From contig CAXXMU010000002.1 in the NCBI GenBank assembly GCA_963667785.2, positions 96,001 through 160,000 of the forward strand: a stretch of DNA of 64,000 bases, in the 5' to 3' direction. Source of the stretch: Alphaproteobacteria bacterium. GTDB lineage: Bacteria; Pseudomonadota; Alphaproteobacteria; UBA828. This document shows, in pieces, positions 38,487-47,924 of this stretch. The notes beneath the pieces are model-generated. The model saw nothing but the letters and a program-made list of their open reading frames with translations. It did not search any database and was not told the DNA's origin. A program made the translations under genes and the position numbers. Numbering within the stretch: the stretch's first letter is position 1; every line of letters starts with the position of its first letter.

Positions 38487-40736
38487 TCAGAAGGGTTCCG
38501 GGTCGGCGAAGCGGCGGAGCACGTTGGTCGTGAGCTTCGCGATGTTGTTGTCGTAGCCTTTCCACGGCAGGCTCGCGGGGTAGCAGATGGAGCCCACGGA
38601 GAACACAGCGCCGCCGTTCGGCGTCTCGTAGAAGACCATGTCGGCCCGCACCTTCTCGTGCTCGGTGCCGCCCATGCCGGAATGGTTCACCAGCATCTCC
38701 TCGTTCACCACCAGGTAGAGATCGGTGTGGTTCTCTGAGCGCGCGAGGATCAGCGCGTGCGGGGGCGTGCCGAGCCGGGGGTCGGCGGCATCGAGCTCGT
38801 TGCCGGCGGCACCCTCGCCGTGGAAGCCGAAATCGCCGATCACCTCGTCCTCGATCCCCTCGAAGACGAAGCGCGCGCGGGGGTCGCGGCTATCCGGTGT
38901 GCGTCGGTAGTAGGAAGACTTGTCGAAGCCCTCGGCGACGAAGCCGACGCCCGAGAGCCGCTGCGGCGCGGTATCGCCCTGGTGGCGCCAGAGCCCGCCA
39001 TACTCGCCGGTGAAGCTGTGATAGTACTCGCCGGGGTCGGCCTCCCAGGTGCGGATCGCGGCCTCGCAGCGGCGCACCTCGATCACGCCCGGCAGCTCCC
39101 GGTGCATCGCCACCCGCCAGTAGAAGCCGTTGCCGCCGAGATACATGAGCCGCCCGCCCTGCTGGGTGAATCCGTGGACGGCATCGCGCATGGCCTTGGA
39201 GTAGTACTCCGGGTGGCCGCCGGTGATCAGCACGTCGTAGGACCCGAGCAGGTCGATGCCCTCGCGGTGGACGTCCTCGTCGGTGATGACGTCGTGCTCG
39301 AAGCCGAAGTGGGTGAGCCAGTCCACCACGTACATGTCGAGGATGAACTCGCGCGCGTTCGTGGCGTCCTCGCCGGCGCAGGCCCAGGGGGTCTCCACCT
39401 TCGGCCGCATGTTGAGGATCGGCCGCAGCCGCGACGAATAGCAGATGCCGCTGCCGTCCGAATGGGTGTCGTAGAGCGAGGCGCCGTACTCGCGACGCTG
39501 GTTGAGGAAGAGCTGGTTGGGATTGAGCGTCGGCAGCTGGCCGGTGAGAAGCTCGGCGAGCGCGCCGTCGAATGCCATGTGCTCGTTGGCATAGGCCATG
39601 TACTCGACCGTCGGCAGCAGGAAGGCGATGCGCGCCTCCTTGCCAGGCGCCGGTAGCACCACGAAGGGCACGTATTCCTCCGCGTCCCGGGCCCGGAGCC
39701 GCGCGGCGTAGACCCCGCTCGCGGCGCGGGCCGGCACCGTCCATTCGAAGTCGACCTCCCAGCCGGCGTCGTAGAGGTCGTCGTCGTGGAAGTGGATGGC
39801 GCCGTACTCGTGCCGGGCGTGGCGCCAGCACATCTCCTCGCCGGAGAAATTCCAACCGGTCATGCCGCGTGCCGGCAGGTTGACGATCTCGCCGTGACAG
39901 TGGTGGGAGGAGCGGTCCGAGATCTTCACCGACGTGATGTCGCGCGAGAAATCCCAGGCGCAGAGGATGTCGGGCGCGATGGAGGCGGGGACTGCCTCGT
40001 TCCGCACGCGCTCGATCTCGAGCCGCTCCAGAGCGCGGCCGACCAGCCGGGGCGAATCGATCTTGCCGTTGTAGAGACCGTCGACCAGCACGCGCCCCTT
40101 CTGCCGCCGCCTGAAGGTGCCGGCCATGACGACGGGCGCGCCGCATCCGGCTGCGGCCGGCCCGACCTTGCGCGACGCCGTGCCGCTGTCGTCCACGCGC
40201 GCATAGGGCTGGAGCGGCTCCTGATGCACGGTGACCGTGTTGCTGCCTGCGTCGTAGCTGGCGGCGGCGAGATACCAGTGGCGCTCCAGCAGCGGCTTGC
40301 CCACCGAGACCGTTTCGACCGTGCCGTCCGCGAGGCCCAGCCTGAGCGCGACCGAGCCCTCGTCGTCGATCACCAGGGCGAAGCCCGTGCGGCTGCGCGA
40401 GTCCCACTTGGTGACGATGCCCTGTTCGCCCTTGCCGGGCGTGGTCGGCCAGATCATCGCCTGCACGGTGAAGCTCTCGAGGGTCTCGAGCAGCGGCCGG
40501 CTCTCCACCAGCGCGTAGGAGCCCGCGTGAATGGCCTGCCGGCGCCCCTTGTGGCGCTTGCTCACCGGCGTGGGGATCGCCCGTTCCTTGAAGCCGGGGC
40601 CGGAGGGGGAATCGTCGGCGCAGATCAGGCGCACGATGTCCGCCCGGTAGCTCGGGTGCTCGCAGTTGACCATGAACCTGATGGTCTCGCCCGGTCTCGC
40701 GCTGAGCCGGTCGGAATAGCCGGTGATCGTCAACAT
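38487..40736 (-). CDS. dmfA2: N,N-dimethylformamidase large (beta) subunit family protein
   Basis: ITGYSD, LamG-like middle region, YMAYAN, SLYD.H.DGSG, GHPEYY and YLGGNGFYW; GGAGG RBS. Confidence 0.85.
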   Translation of the reverse strand: MLTITGYSDRLSARPGETIRFMVNCEHPSYRADIVRLICADDSPSGPGFKERAIPTPVSKRHKGRRQAIHAGSYALVESRPLLETLESFTVQAMIWPTTPGKGEQGIVTKWDSRSRTGFALVIDDEGSVALRLGLADGTVETVSVGKPLLERHWYLAAASYDAGSNTVTVHQEPLQPYARVDDSGTASRKVGPAAAGCGAPVVMAGTFRRRQKGRVLVDGLYNGKIDSPRLVGRALERLEIERVRNEAVPASIAPDILCAWDFSRDITSVKISDRSSHHCHGEIVNLPARGMTGWNFSGEEMCWRHARHEYGAIHFHDDDLYDAGWEVDFEWTVPARAASGVYAARLRARDAEEYVPFVVLPAPGKEARIAFLLPTVEYMAYANEHMAFDGALAELLTGQLPTLNPNQLFLNQRREYGASLYDTHSDGSGICYSSRLRPILNMRPKVETPWACAGEDATNAREFILDMYVVDWLTHFGFEHDVITDEDVHREGIDLLGSYDVLITGGHPEYYSKAMRDAVHGFTQQGGRLMYLGGNGFYWRVAMHRELPGVIEVRRCEAAIRTWEADPGEYYHSFTGEYGGLWRHQGDTAPQRLSGVGFVAEGFDKSSYYRRTPDSRDPRARFVFEGIEDEVIGDFGFHGEGAAGNELDAADPRLGTPPHALILARSENHTDLYLVVNEEMLVNHSGMGGTEHEKVRADMVFYETPNGGAVFSVGSICYPASLPWKGYDNNIAKLTTNVLRRFADPEPF

Positions 40737-40915
40737 GCCGCGCCTCCGCGCTGCGCCACGCTTGCTTGCCGCGAGCATAGTCAGCGCCCGGCAGGCGAAC
40801 AACCGAGGGGCCGGGCTGCCGCCCGTGCGAGGCGGGCGCAGGATGTGCGAGAGTGGCGGACGGCCGGGCAGGGGAGTCGCTGCCGCGGCCGCAGCCGGAA
40901 CGAAGAGAGGGAACG

Positions 40916-41539
40916 ATGGCGACGCTGATACTCCACGGGATACCGCTGAGCACCTACGTCCGGACATGCCGCATGGCGTTCTTGGAGAAGGGCGTGCCCT
41001 ACGAGCTCGATCCGCTCATGCCGCAATCGCCCGAGCAGAAGGAGAAGCAGCCCTGGGGCTCGGTGCCGGCTATGACCCACGGCGACGTGCGCATGTACGA
41101 GACGCTGGCGATCTGCGGCTATGTCGACCGCCTGTTCGACGGCCCGCCCGTGCTGCCGGAAGACCCGCTCGCCAACGCCCGCTGCCTGCAGTGGACGTCG
41201 GTCTTCATCCAGTATCTCTACCGGCCGGCGATCGACATCGTCCTGCAGCGTCTGATCGTGCCCGCACAGGGTGGCGAGCCCGACGAGGCGTTGGTGGCGA
41301 GCAGCGTGCCCAAGTCCGACAAGGCGCTCGGCGCGCTCGATGGCGCGCTGGACGGGCAAGCCTGCTTCGCCGGCGGCGACGCATCGCTCGCCGATTACAT
41401 GGTGCTGCCCGTTCTCCACTATCTGAAGATGACGCCGGAGGGCGAGAACCTGCTCGCGCCGAGGGCCAATCTCGCCCGCTGGCAGGCCGCCATCGACGAG
41501 CGCCCGAGCGCGGTGGAGACGCTGCCCGACCTGGGCTGA
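40916..41539 (+). CDS. Glutathione S-transferase family protein
   Basis: STYVR, PWGSVP, YETLAI and SLAD motifs. Confidence 0.9.
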   Translation: MATLILHGIPLSTYVRTCRMAFLEKGVPYELDPLMPQSPEQKEKQPWGSVPAMTHGDVRMYETLAICGYVDRLFDGPPVLPEDPLANARCLQWTSVFIQYLYRPAIDIVLQRLIVPAQGGEPDEALVASSVPKSDKALGALDGALDGQACFAGGDASLADYMVLPVLHYLKMTPEGENLLAPRANLARWQAAIDERPSAVETLPDLG

Positions 41540-41566
41540 TCCGGCCGCGCCCGCCGGCCCGTGTCG

Positions 41567-42613
41567 CTACATGGCGAGCTGGGCCAGTCCGGTCGCCTGG
41601 GTGCGCATCGAGTCGCGATCCGCATCGGGGAGCGGGATGAGTCCCTTGTCGGCGAGATAGCCGTAGGGTCCCCAAGCGTCCTCGTCGGTGAAGGTCGCAA
41701 TATACTCCTCGATTCCCGGAATCACGCCGACATGCGCCTTCTTTACGTAGAAGTACATTGAGCGGGAGACCGGATAGCTGCCGTCGGCGATGGTGTCGAA
41801 GTCGGGCTCGACGCCGTTGATGAGGCTGCCCTGGACCTTGTCGCGGTTCTGCTCGAGGAAGCTGTAGCCGAAGATCCCGAGCGCGCTGGGGTTGGCTTTC
41901 AGCTTCTGCACGATGAGATTGTCGTTCTCACCCGCCTCGACGAAGGCGCCGTCCTCGCGGATGGAGTGGCAGATGGCCTTGTACCGATTCTTGTCCTGCT
42001 TCTTCAGGGCCTTGATGTCGGGGAAGGTCTTGCAGCCCCCCTCCATGGCCAGCTCGACGAAGGCGTCCCGCGTGCCGGAGGTCGGCGGCGGCCCGAGCAC
42101 CTCGATCTTCTCCGCAGGCAGCGACGCATCGATGTCGCTCCAGCTCTGGTTGGGATTCGGCACCAACGCGCCGTCCTGAGGCACGTCCTTCGCCAGCGCG
42201 AGGAAGAGCTGCTGCAGGGTGATCGAGAACGGGGCGGTCGCCTTCGCGTTGGCGAGGACGATTCCGTCGTAGCCGATCATGACCTCGGTGATGCCGGTCA
42301 CGCCGTTCTCGGCGCAGCGCTCGACTTCCGAGGACTTGATCCGCCGGGAGGCGTTGGTGACGTCGGGATGAGCGACGCCGACTCCGGCGCAGAACAGCTT
42401 GAGACCGCCGCCCGAGCCCGTGCTCTCGACCACCGGGGTCTTGTTGTCCGTGGTCTTGCCGAATTCCTCGGCGACGGCGGTGGCGAAGGGGAACACGGTC
42501 GACGAGCCCACGATCCTGATCTGGTCGCGGGCCTCGGCGGCGTCGGTCAGCGCCACCGACGCGGTCAGCGCGAGAGCTGCCGCTGCGGCGAAGGCGAGGG
42601 GTGTCTTGGTCAC
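41567..42613 (-). CDS. pstS: Phosphate ABC transporter substrate-binding protein (stand-alone)
   Basis: IVGSSTVFPF, ESTGSGGGLK and GPPPTSGTRDAF motifs; signal peptide. Confidence 0.92.
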   Translation of the reverse strand: MTKTPLAFAAAAALALTASVALTDAAEARDQIRIVGSSTVFPFATAVAEEFGKTTDNKTPVVESTGSGGGLKLFCAGVGVAHPDVTNASRRIKSSEVERCAENGVTGITEVMIGYDGIVLANAKATAPFSITLQQLFLALAKDVPQDGALVPNPNQSWSDIDASLPAEKIEVLGPPPTSGTRDAFVELAMEGGCKTFPDIKALKKQDKNRYKAICHSIREDGAFVEAGENDNLIVQKLKANPSALGIFGYSFLEQNRDKVQGSLINGVEPDFDTIADGSYPVSRSMYFYVKKAHVGVIPGIEEYIATFTDEDAWGPYGYLADKGLIPLPDADRDSMRTQATGLAQLAM

Positions 42614-42709
42614 GGCGCTTCCTCCGGGTTGCATCGCATCCCGCCGGTCGTGGCCGCGCCGGCGCGGCCACCCGGGATGACGTGCGCAGGCTAGTCGCCG
42701 TGCGACGAT

Positions 42710-42733
42710 GGAAATGAGACGGAAATGTGACCG
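42710..42733 (-). promoter_or_regulatory. Pho-box-like 11-bp direct repeat upstream of pstS
   Basis: Minus strand reads CGGTCACATTTCC GTCTCATTTCC, followed by a candidate -10 box TAGCCT (42693-42688). Confidence 0.6.
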
Positions 42734-42784
42734 TTCGTTGACTCGGGGCTCTGCGGCACCGCCCGCCCGCCTCGGGGCGGTGCG

Positions 42785-43066
42785 CTACTTCATCTCGACT
42801 TCGATGAAGATCACGTCGTCCGTCTCGCTCGGGTTGATCACGTCGTGCTCGACTCCTTCGCCCCGGAAGTAAGGCGAGCCCGTCACGATCTCGATGGTGC
42901 GCTCGCCGTCGGGCTCCTTGAGGTGGAGCTGGCCCGTAGTCACCGGCACGACCACGTAGTCGTATTCATGCCGGTGCCAGCCGGTGGCCTCGCCGGGCCT
43001 GAAGCGCCACTCGGTGACGCGCACGCGCTCGTTGTCGATCAGCTGGGTTGGCGTCGCTGCGCCCAT
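42785..43066 (-). CDS. Small cupin domain protein (BauB-like)
   Basis: DNERVRVTEWRF.PG..TGWHRH.YDYVVVP and GVEHDV; GGAGG RBS. Confidence 0.85.
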   Translation of the reverse strand: MGAATPTQLIDNERVRVTEWRFRPGEATGWHRHEYDYVVVPVTTGQLHLKEPDGERTIEIVTGSPYFRGEGVEHDVINPSETDDVIFIEVEMK

Positions 43067-43173
43067 GACCACCTCCGCCGCAAGGATCGTCCCTTCCCGC
43101 AGCGTCCCAGTTTAGAGGGCGCTCTGCAAGCCCGCGCCCGCGCGGGCCTCACGCTGCGCCGCGAAGAGCCGGC

Positions 43174-44280
43174 TCAGCTGTCGGCCTGTGCGGCCTGTAC
43201 CAGGGATGCCGGATCGACCGCGACGCTCTTGATCAGCGCGTAGACCTCCGCGCCGGGGGCGAGGGCGAGGCTGTCGGCGGAGCGCGCGGTGATCCGCGCC
43301 GTGAGCCGCGTGCCGATGTCCACCGCCACGTCCACCGAGGCGCCCCGTCGCGGTCCGATCTCCACTACCTGGCCGCGAAAGACGTTGAGCACGCTCGTCT
43401 CGCGCGGCTCGGCGGTTGCCAGCGACACGTCGCGTGCCCGCACGCGGACCCTGAGCCGCCGCCCGGGCTCGAGCCTGAGGCGCGGCACGCGCAGGGTGCC
43501 GCCCGGCACCGCGAGCTCCGACAGCCCGTAGGCCGCGTCGTGGCGCGCCACCACCGCGTCCAGCACCGCGCCGGCCGCGTCCGCGCCGGCCAGCGGGTCG
43601 AGATCGAGCCGCGCCATGATGTCGGCGGCGGGGCCCGCGGCGGCGACCCTGCCGTGCGCCATCACCACGATCGTGCCTGCGAGCCGCGCCACCTCGTCCA
43701 CGGCGTGGCTGACGTAGACGATCGGCACGCCGGTCTCGTCGCGCAGCCGCTCGATATGGTCCATGACCTGGGCTTTGCGGGGCAGGTCGAGCGCGGCCAG
43801 CGGCTCGTCCATGAGGAGCAGCTCCGGCTGTGCCATGAGCGCACGGCCCAGCGCCACCCGCTGGCGCTCGCCGCCGGAGAGCGTGCCGGGCCGGCGCTGC
43901 AGCAGCGCCTCCAGCCCGAGCAGCGCCACGACCCGCTCGAGCGTCGCGTGGCGTCGCTCCTTCGGCGCGAAGCGGCGGCCGTAAAGGAGGTTGCGGCGCA
44001 CGCTGAGGTGCGGGAAGAGCCGCCCATCCTGGAATACGTAGCCGATGCGACGGCGCTCCGGCTTGAGGTCGATCCCTGCTTCGGAATCGAAGAGGACGCG
44101 CTCGCCGAGCGCGATCCGCCCGGAGGCCGGCCGGACCAGGCCCGCGATGGCGTCGACCAGCGTCGTCTTGCCGGCGCCAGACGCGCCGAACAGAGCCACG
44201 ATGCCGTCGGTCTCGGCGGCAAAGGCCGCATCCAGCGCGAAGGCGCCCCGGGCGAGCCGTGCGCTGACCGTCAGCATCAC
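43174..44280 (-). CDS. modC: Molybdate ABC transporter ATP-binding protein
   Basis: GASGAGKTT, LSGGERQR and a C-terminal TOBE/Mop domain (YALIKSV). Confidence 0.93.
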   Translation of the reverse strand: MMLTVSARLARGAFALDAAFAAETDGIVALFGASGAGKTTLVDAIAGLVRPASGRIALGERVLFDSEAGIDLKPERRRIGYVFQDGRLFPHLSVRRNLLYGRRFAPKERRHATLERVVALLGLEALLQRRPGTLSGGERQRVALGRALMAQPELLLMDEPLAALDLPRKAQVMDHIERLRDETGVPIVYVSHAVDEVARLAGTIVVMAHGRVAAAGPAADIMARLDLDPLAGADAAGAVLDAVVARHDAAYGLSELAVPGGTLRVPRLRLEPGRRLRVRVRARDVSLATAEPRETSVLNVFRGQVVEIGPRRGASVDVAVDIGTRLTARITARSADSLALAPGAEVYALIKSVAVDPASLVQAAQADS

Positions 44281-44966
44281 CCCTCCAGCCGGCGCTTCAG
44301 CATACGGGCGAGCAGCTCGGAGCCGAGCAGCGCGGCAAAGGCGATGACGATGGCGATCACCATCAGGCGGAAGGCGCCGTCCAGCCCGCCCGGCACCTGG
44401 GTGTAGGTGTAGAGCGCCAGCGGCAGCGTCCGGGTCTCGCCGGGAATGTTGGAGACGAAGGTGATGGTGGCGCCGAACTCGCCGAGGCAGCGGGCGAAGG
44501 CGAGGATGACGCCGGTCAGCACGCCCGGCAGCATCAGCGGCAGGCTGACGGTCGCGAACACCCAGAGCGGCGGGGCGCCGAGGGTGCGGGCCGCGGTCTC
44601 CAGCCGCCGGTCCGTGCCTTCGATCGAGAGCCGAATGGCGCGCACCATGAGGGGGAAGGAGACCACCGCCGCGGCCACCGCAGCGCCCTGCCAGGTGAAG
44701 GCCAGCGTGATGCCGAACCAGTCGTCGAGCCAGGCGCCGAGCGGCCCCTGCCTGCCGAGCAGCAGCAGCAGCACGAAGCCCACCACCACCGGCGGCAGCA
44801 GCAGCGGCAGGTGGACGATGCCGTTGAGCAGCGAGTGGCCGGGGAAGCGGTGCCGCGCCAGCAGCCAGGCGACGGCGATCCCGAGCGGCAGGCTCACCAG
44901 AACCGCCCAGCCTGCCACCCGCAGGCTGAGCGTGATCGCTTCGACCTCGAGCGGCGTCAGGGCCAT
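44277..44966 (-). CDS. modB: Molybdate ABC transporter permease
   Basis: LPLLLPPVVVG and LGEFGATITFVSNIPGETRTLPLA motifs. Confidence 0.95.
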   Translation of the reverse strand: MALTPLEVEAITLSLRVAGWAVLVSLPLGIAVAWLLARHRFPGHSLLNGIVHLPLLLPPVVVGFVLLLLLGRQGPLGAWLDDWFGITLAFTWQGAAVAAAVVSFPLMVRAIRLSIEGTDRRLETAARTLGAPPLWVFATVSLPLMLPGVLTGVILAFARCLGEFGATITFVSNIPGETRTLPLALYTYTQVPGGLDGAFRLMVIAIVIAFAALLGSELLARMLKRRLEG

Positions 44967-44970
44967 CGTC

Positions 44971-45771
44971 TCAGTCCACGATGAAGCCGGCGCGCGCGAA
45001 CGCCGCGCGACCCTCCGGCCCGGTGAGGAAGGCGAAGAAGCGCGCGGCCAGCGGCGAGGGGCGGTCGCTCAGGAGGGCGACGGGATAGACGATGGGCTCG
45101 TGCAACGCCGGCGGCACCGTCGCGACGATGCGCACGCCCTCGATCCGCCCGACGTCCGTGGCGTAGACGATGCCGAGCGGCGCCTCGCCGCGCGCAACCA
45201 GCGCAAGCGCGGCACGCACGTCGGCGGTCGGCGCGAGGCGGTCGCTCACGGCGGGCCAGAGGCCGAGCGCCTCCAGCGCCTGCCTCGCGTAGATCCCGGC
45301 CGGGACGTGGGCGGGGTCGCCGATGGCGAGCCGCCTGCCAGCGAGCAGCGCGGCGATGTCCAGCGACGGTGACGGCGTGAACGGCGCGATGTCTTCGCGG
45401 CCCGAGACGAACACCAGGCGATTGCCGGCGAGCGGCCGTCGGCTGCCGAGCTCGATCAGGCCCTGCGCCTCCACGTGGTCCATCCACGCCGCGTTGGCCG
45501 CGAGGAAGACGTGGGCCGGCGCGCCGCTTTCGATCTGCCGTGCGAGCGCCGAGGTGCCGGCATAGGATGCCACGACCCTGCCCTCCGGCCCGGCATCGAA
45601 GGCGCCGATGACCGCGTCAACCACATGCGCCGTGCTCGCCGCCGCGAGCACCACCACCCGCTCCTCGGCCGCCGCCGGGCCTGCCCAGCAGCAGGCGAGA
45701 AGCGTGGCCAGCGCCAGCGCCCGCAGCGCCCGCCACCGGCGTCGCCGCCGGTGGCGCCCTCGATCCCACAC
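44971..45771 (-). CDS. modA: Molybdate ABC transporter substrate-binding protein
   Basis: AAAST, SALARQIESGAPA, HVPAGIYA and GIVYATD motifs. Confidence 0.92.
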   Translation of the reverse strand: MWDRGRHRRRRRWRALRALALATLLACCWAGPAAAEERVVVLAAASTAHVVDAVIGAFDAGPEGRVVASYAGTSALARQIESGAPAHVFLAANAAWMDHVEAQGLIELGSRRPLAGNRLVFVSGREDIAPFTPSPSLDIAALLAGRRLAIGDPAHVPAGIYARQALEALGLWPAVSDRLAPTADVRAALALVARGEAPLGIVYATDVGRIEGVRIVATVPPALHEPIVYPVALLSDRPSPLAARFFAFLTGPEGRAAFARAGFIVD

Positions 45772-45998
45772 GTCGCGCGTCGCGACCCCCGCAGGGCTCG
45801 CGCCTCCTCCTCGTCTTCTGCTGCTTGAGGCGGATGCCAGACGTGGAACGAGCGCTCCCGCACCTCCACGGCGCCTCGACCGTTTGCCGACGGGGGCCGA
45901 CCGTTCCGTCGTTCGGGCGGCTGCTCGACCCAGCGGGGCCGCGTCGGCGAGGCGACTGTAGCGCCGGGCCAGGCCGTGCGCAACGCGCGAGCGGGCCG

Positions 45999-46463
45999 TC
46001 AGGCCTGGGGGAAGCCGGTGGGGCGGGTGCCGTGGGCGTCCGCGTCTGCGGCGGTGCCGGGATTGCTGTAGTAGATGGTCATGTCGCGGATCAGCCCGCC
46101 CCGGCAGCGGAAGAAGTTGCAGTTGCGCAGGCGCTGCACGCCGGCGTCGCGATAGGCAGACTCGGGCTTCGGCGTCAGGGTGACGAGAAAGGTCGCGGCG
46201 CAGCGCTCGTTCGCCTCGTCCACATAGTGGACGAACTCGGTGAACCGGGCCTCGTAGTTCGCGAGCAGATGCTGGAAGAAGCGGGGCAGCGGCGTCTCGC
46301 CGGGGCCGGGCGCCGCCTTGAAGACGCGGGGCTCCGCGTCGCCGTGATAGATCGTCACCTGCGCATCGGCGGTGAAGCAGGCCACGACCGCCGGGATGTC
46401 GGCGCGGGTGACATTGCCGAAATAGCGCCGCTCCACCAGGTCGACGTAGTCGTCTCTCGTCAT
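45999..46463 (-). CDS. SnoaL/NTF2-like domain protein
   Basis: YF..V...D...V.ACFT.DA pattern and C-terminal CNFF...GGLI....IY; last gene of the ABC operon. Confidence 0.75.
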   Translation of the reverse strand: MTRDDYVDLVERRYFGNVTRADIPAVVACFTADAQVTIYHGDAEPRVFKAAPGPGETPLPRFFQHLLANYEARFTEFVHYVDEANERCAATFLVTLTPKPESAYRDAGVQRLRNCNFFRCRGGLIRDMTIYYSNPGTAADADAHGTRPTGFPQA

Positions 46464-46490
46464 CGCGCGCCGCTCCGGCTTGCCGCCACG

Positions 46491-46820
46491 CTAGAGCAGG
46501 ATTTCGACGAAGCCGAGGGCGATGAACACGGCGATGATCAAGATCGCGCCGACGATGGCGGTGACGCGCACCACGCGGTGCACCGGATTCTGGGTGTTGG
46601 CGAACGGGATGAGGTTGAAGAGCAGCCCCCCGGCCACGACCATGATGCAGCCGGCCGAGAAGAGTGGCCGGTAAACGGGCTGGAAGATGAAGACGAGGGC
46701 GAGCAGGCAGAGCGCGATGATCGCGAGCACGATCAGCCGCGCCGTGCGCCGCGACATGTTGGGCCGCGCAGGCTTCTCCGGCGCCGGCGCTTCCTGGGGC
46801 TCCACCTGTGCGTCACTCAT
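46491..46820 (-). CDS. Small three-TM membrane protein, hypothetical
   Basis: Three hydrophobic segments; ATGA overlap with the upstream ATPase gene. Confidence 0.75.
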   Translation of the reverse strand: MSDAQVEPQEAPAPEKPARPNMSRRTARLIVLAIIALCLLALVFIFQPVYRPLFSAGCIMVVAGGLLFNLIPFANTQNPVHRVVRVTAIVGAILIIAVFIALGFVEILL

Positions 46821-47917
46821 GACGCGATCCTCACGCCGTCATGGTCGAAGAGGTGCACCTGGCCCGGGATTGGCGCCGCGTGCAGCGTGTCGCCCACCCG
46901 GACCGGGTGGCCGCGACTCGTCACCACGCGCAGGTCGTTCTCGCCGATTCGGAGGTGGGTCAGCGTCTCGGCGCCCATGGGCTCGATCAGGTCGACCCGG
47001 CCGGAGATCGTGGCCGGGCCCGCCTCGGGCACGGGCGCGAGGCCGCGCGGGCGCACGCCAACGGTGAGCGGGGCGTTGCGCCGTGCGACGACGCTCTGCA
47101 GGGAGACCTCCGCGTGCAGCGGCAGCACCACCTCCTGCCCCAGCATGTTCACGGTCGCGGTGTCCTCGTCGGCGTCGATGACGTTCGCCTCGATCAGGTT
47201 CATCTGCGGCGTGCCGATGAAGCCCGCGACGAAGACGTTGGCGGGCTTCGCGAAGATGTCGTGCGGGCTGGCCACCTGCTCGATGATGCCGTCGCGCATG
47301 ACCGCGATGCGATCGGCGATGGTGAGCGCCTCGATCTGGTCGTGGGTCACGATCACGGTGGCCTTGTGCAGCCCGTTCAGGAGCTGCTTGATCTGCCCGC
47401 GCATCTCCTGGCGCACGGCGATGTCGAGGCGGCTGAGCGGCTCGTCGAAGAGGAAGCACTGCGGGTCGCGGATGATCGCGCGGCCCACGGCGACCCGCTG
47501 CTTCTCGCCCTCGGCCAGCCGGCCGGGAACCCGCCCCAGGGCGTGGGAGAGGTCGAGGAGGCCGGCGATCTCGCGCACCCGGCGGTCGATCTCGTCCGTG
47601 GTGATGCGCTCGGCATGGAGCGGGAAGGCCAGGTTCTCGGCCACCGTCAGGCTCGGATAGAGCGCGTAGAACTGGAACACCATGGCGATGTCGCGCTCGG
47701 CCGGCGCGAGGTCGTTGACCCGCGTGCCGGCGATGTGGATGTCGCCCGCCGTCACGTCCTCGAGGCCGGCGATCATACGCAGCGTCGTGGTCTTGCCGCA
47801 GCCGGACGGGCCCAGCAGGCACACCACCTCGCCGCCCTCCACGTCGAGATCGATGTCGTCGACCGCAGCCAGCGAGCCGAAGCGCTTGGTCAGGTTGCGG
47901 AGCTCGATATCGGCCAT
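46817..47917 (-). CDS. CUT1 sugar/polyol ABC ATPase with degenerate signature
   Basis: GPSGCGKTT, LFDEP and VTHD; signature reads LAEGEKQR. Confidence 0.92.
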   Translation of the reverse strand: MADIELRNLTKRFGSLAAVDDIDLDVEGGEVVCLLGPSGCGKTTTLRMIAGLEDVTAGDIHIAGTRVNDLAPAERDIAMVFQFYALYPSLTVAENLAFPLHAERITTDEIDRRVREIAGLLDLSHALGRVPGRLAEGEKQRVAVGRAIIRDPQCFLFDEPLSRLDIAVRQEMRGQIKQLLNGLHKATVIVTHDQIEALTIADRIAVMRDGIIEQVASPHDIFAKPANVFVAGFIGTPQMNLIEANVIDADEDTATVNMLGQEVVLPLHAEVSLQSVVARRNAPLTVGVRPRGLAPVPEAGPATISGRVDLIEPMGAETLTHLRIGENDLRVVTSRGHPVRVGDTLHAAPIPGQVHLFDHDGVRIAS

Positions 47918-47924
47918 GGGTCCG

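Noticed and set aside
45772-45998. Possible Moco riboswitch or ModE site upstream of modA
   Set aside because: No recognisable consensus by eye; an Infernal scan would be needed.
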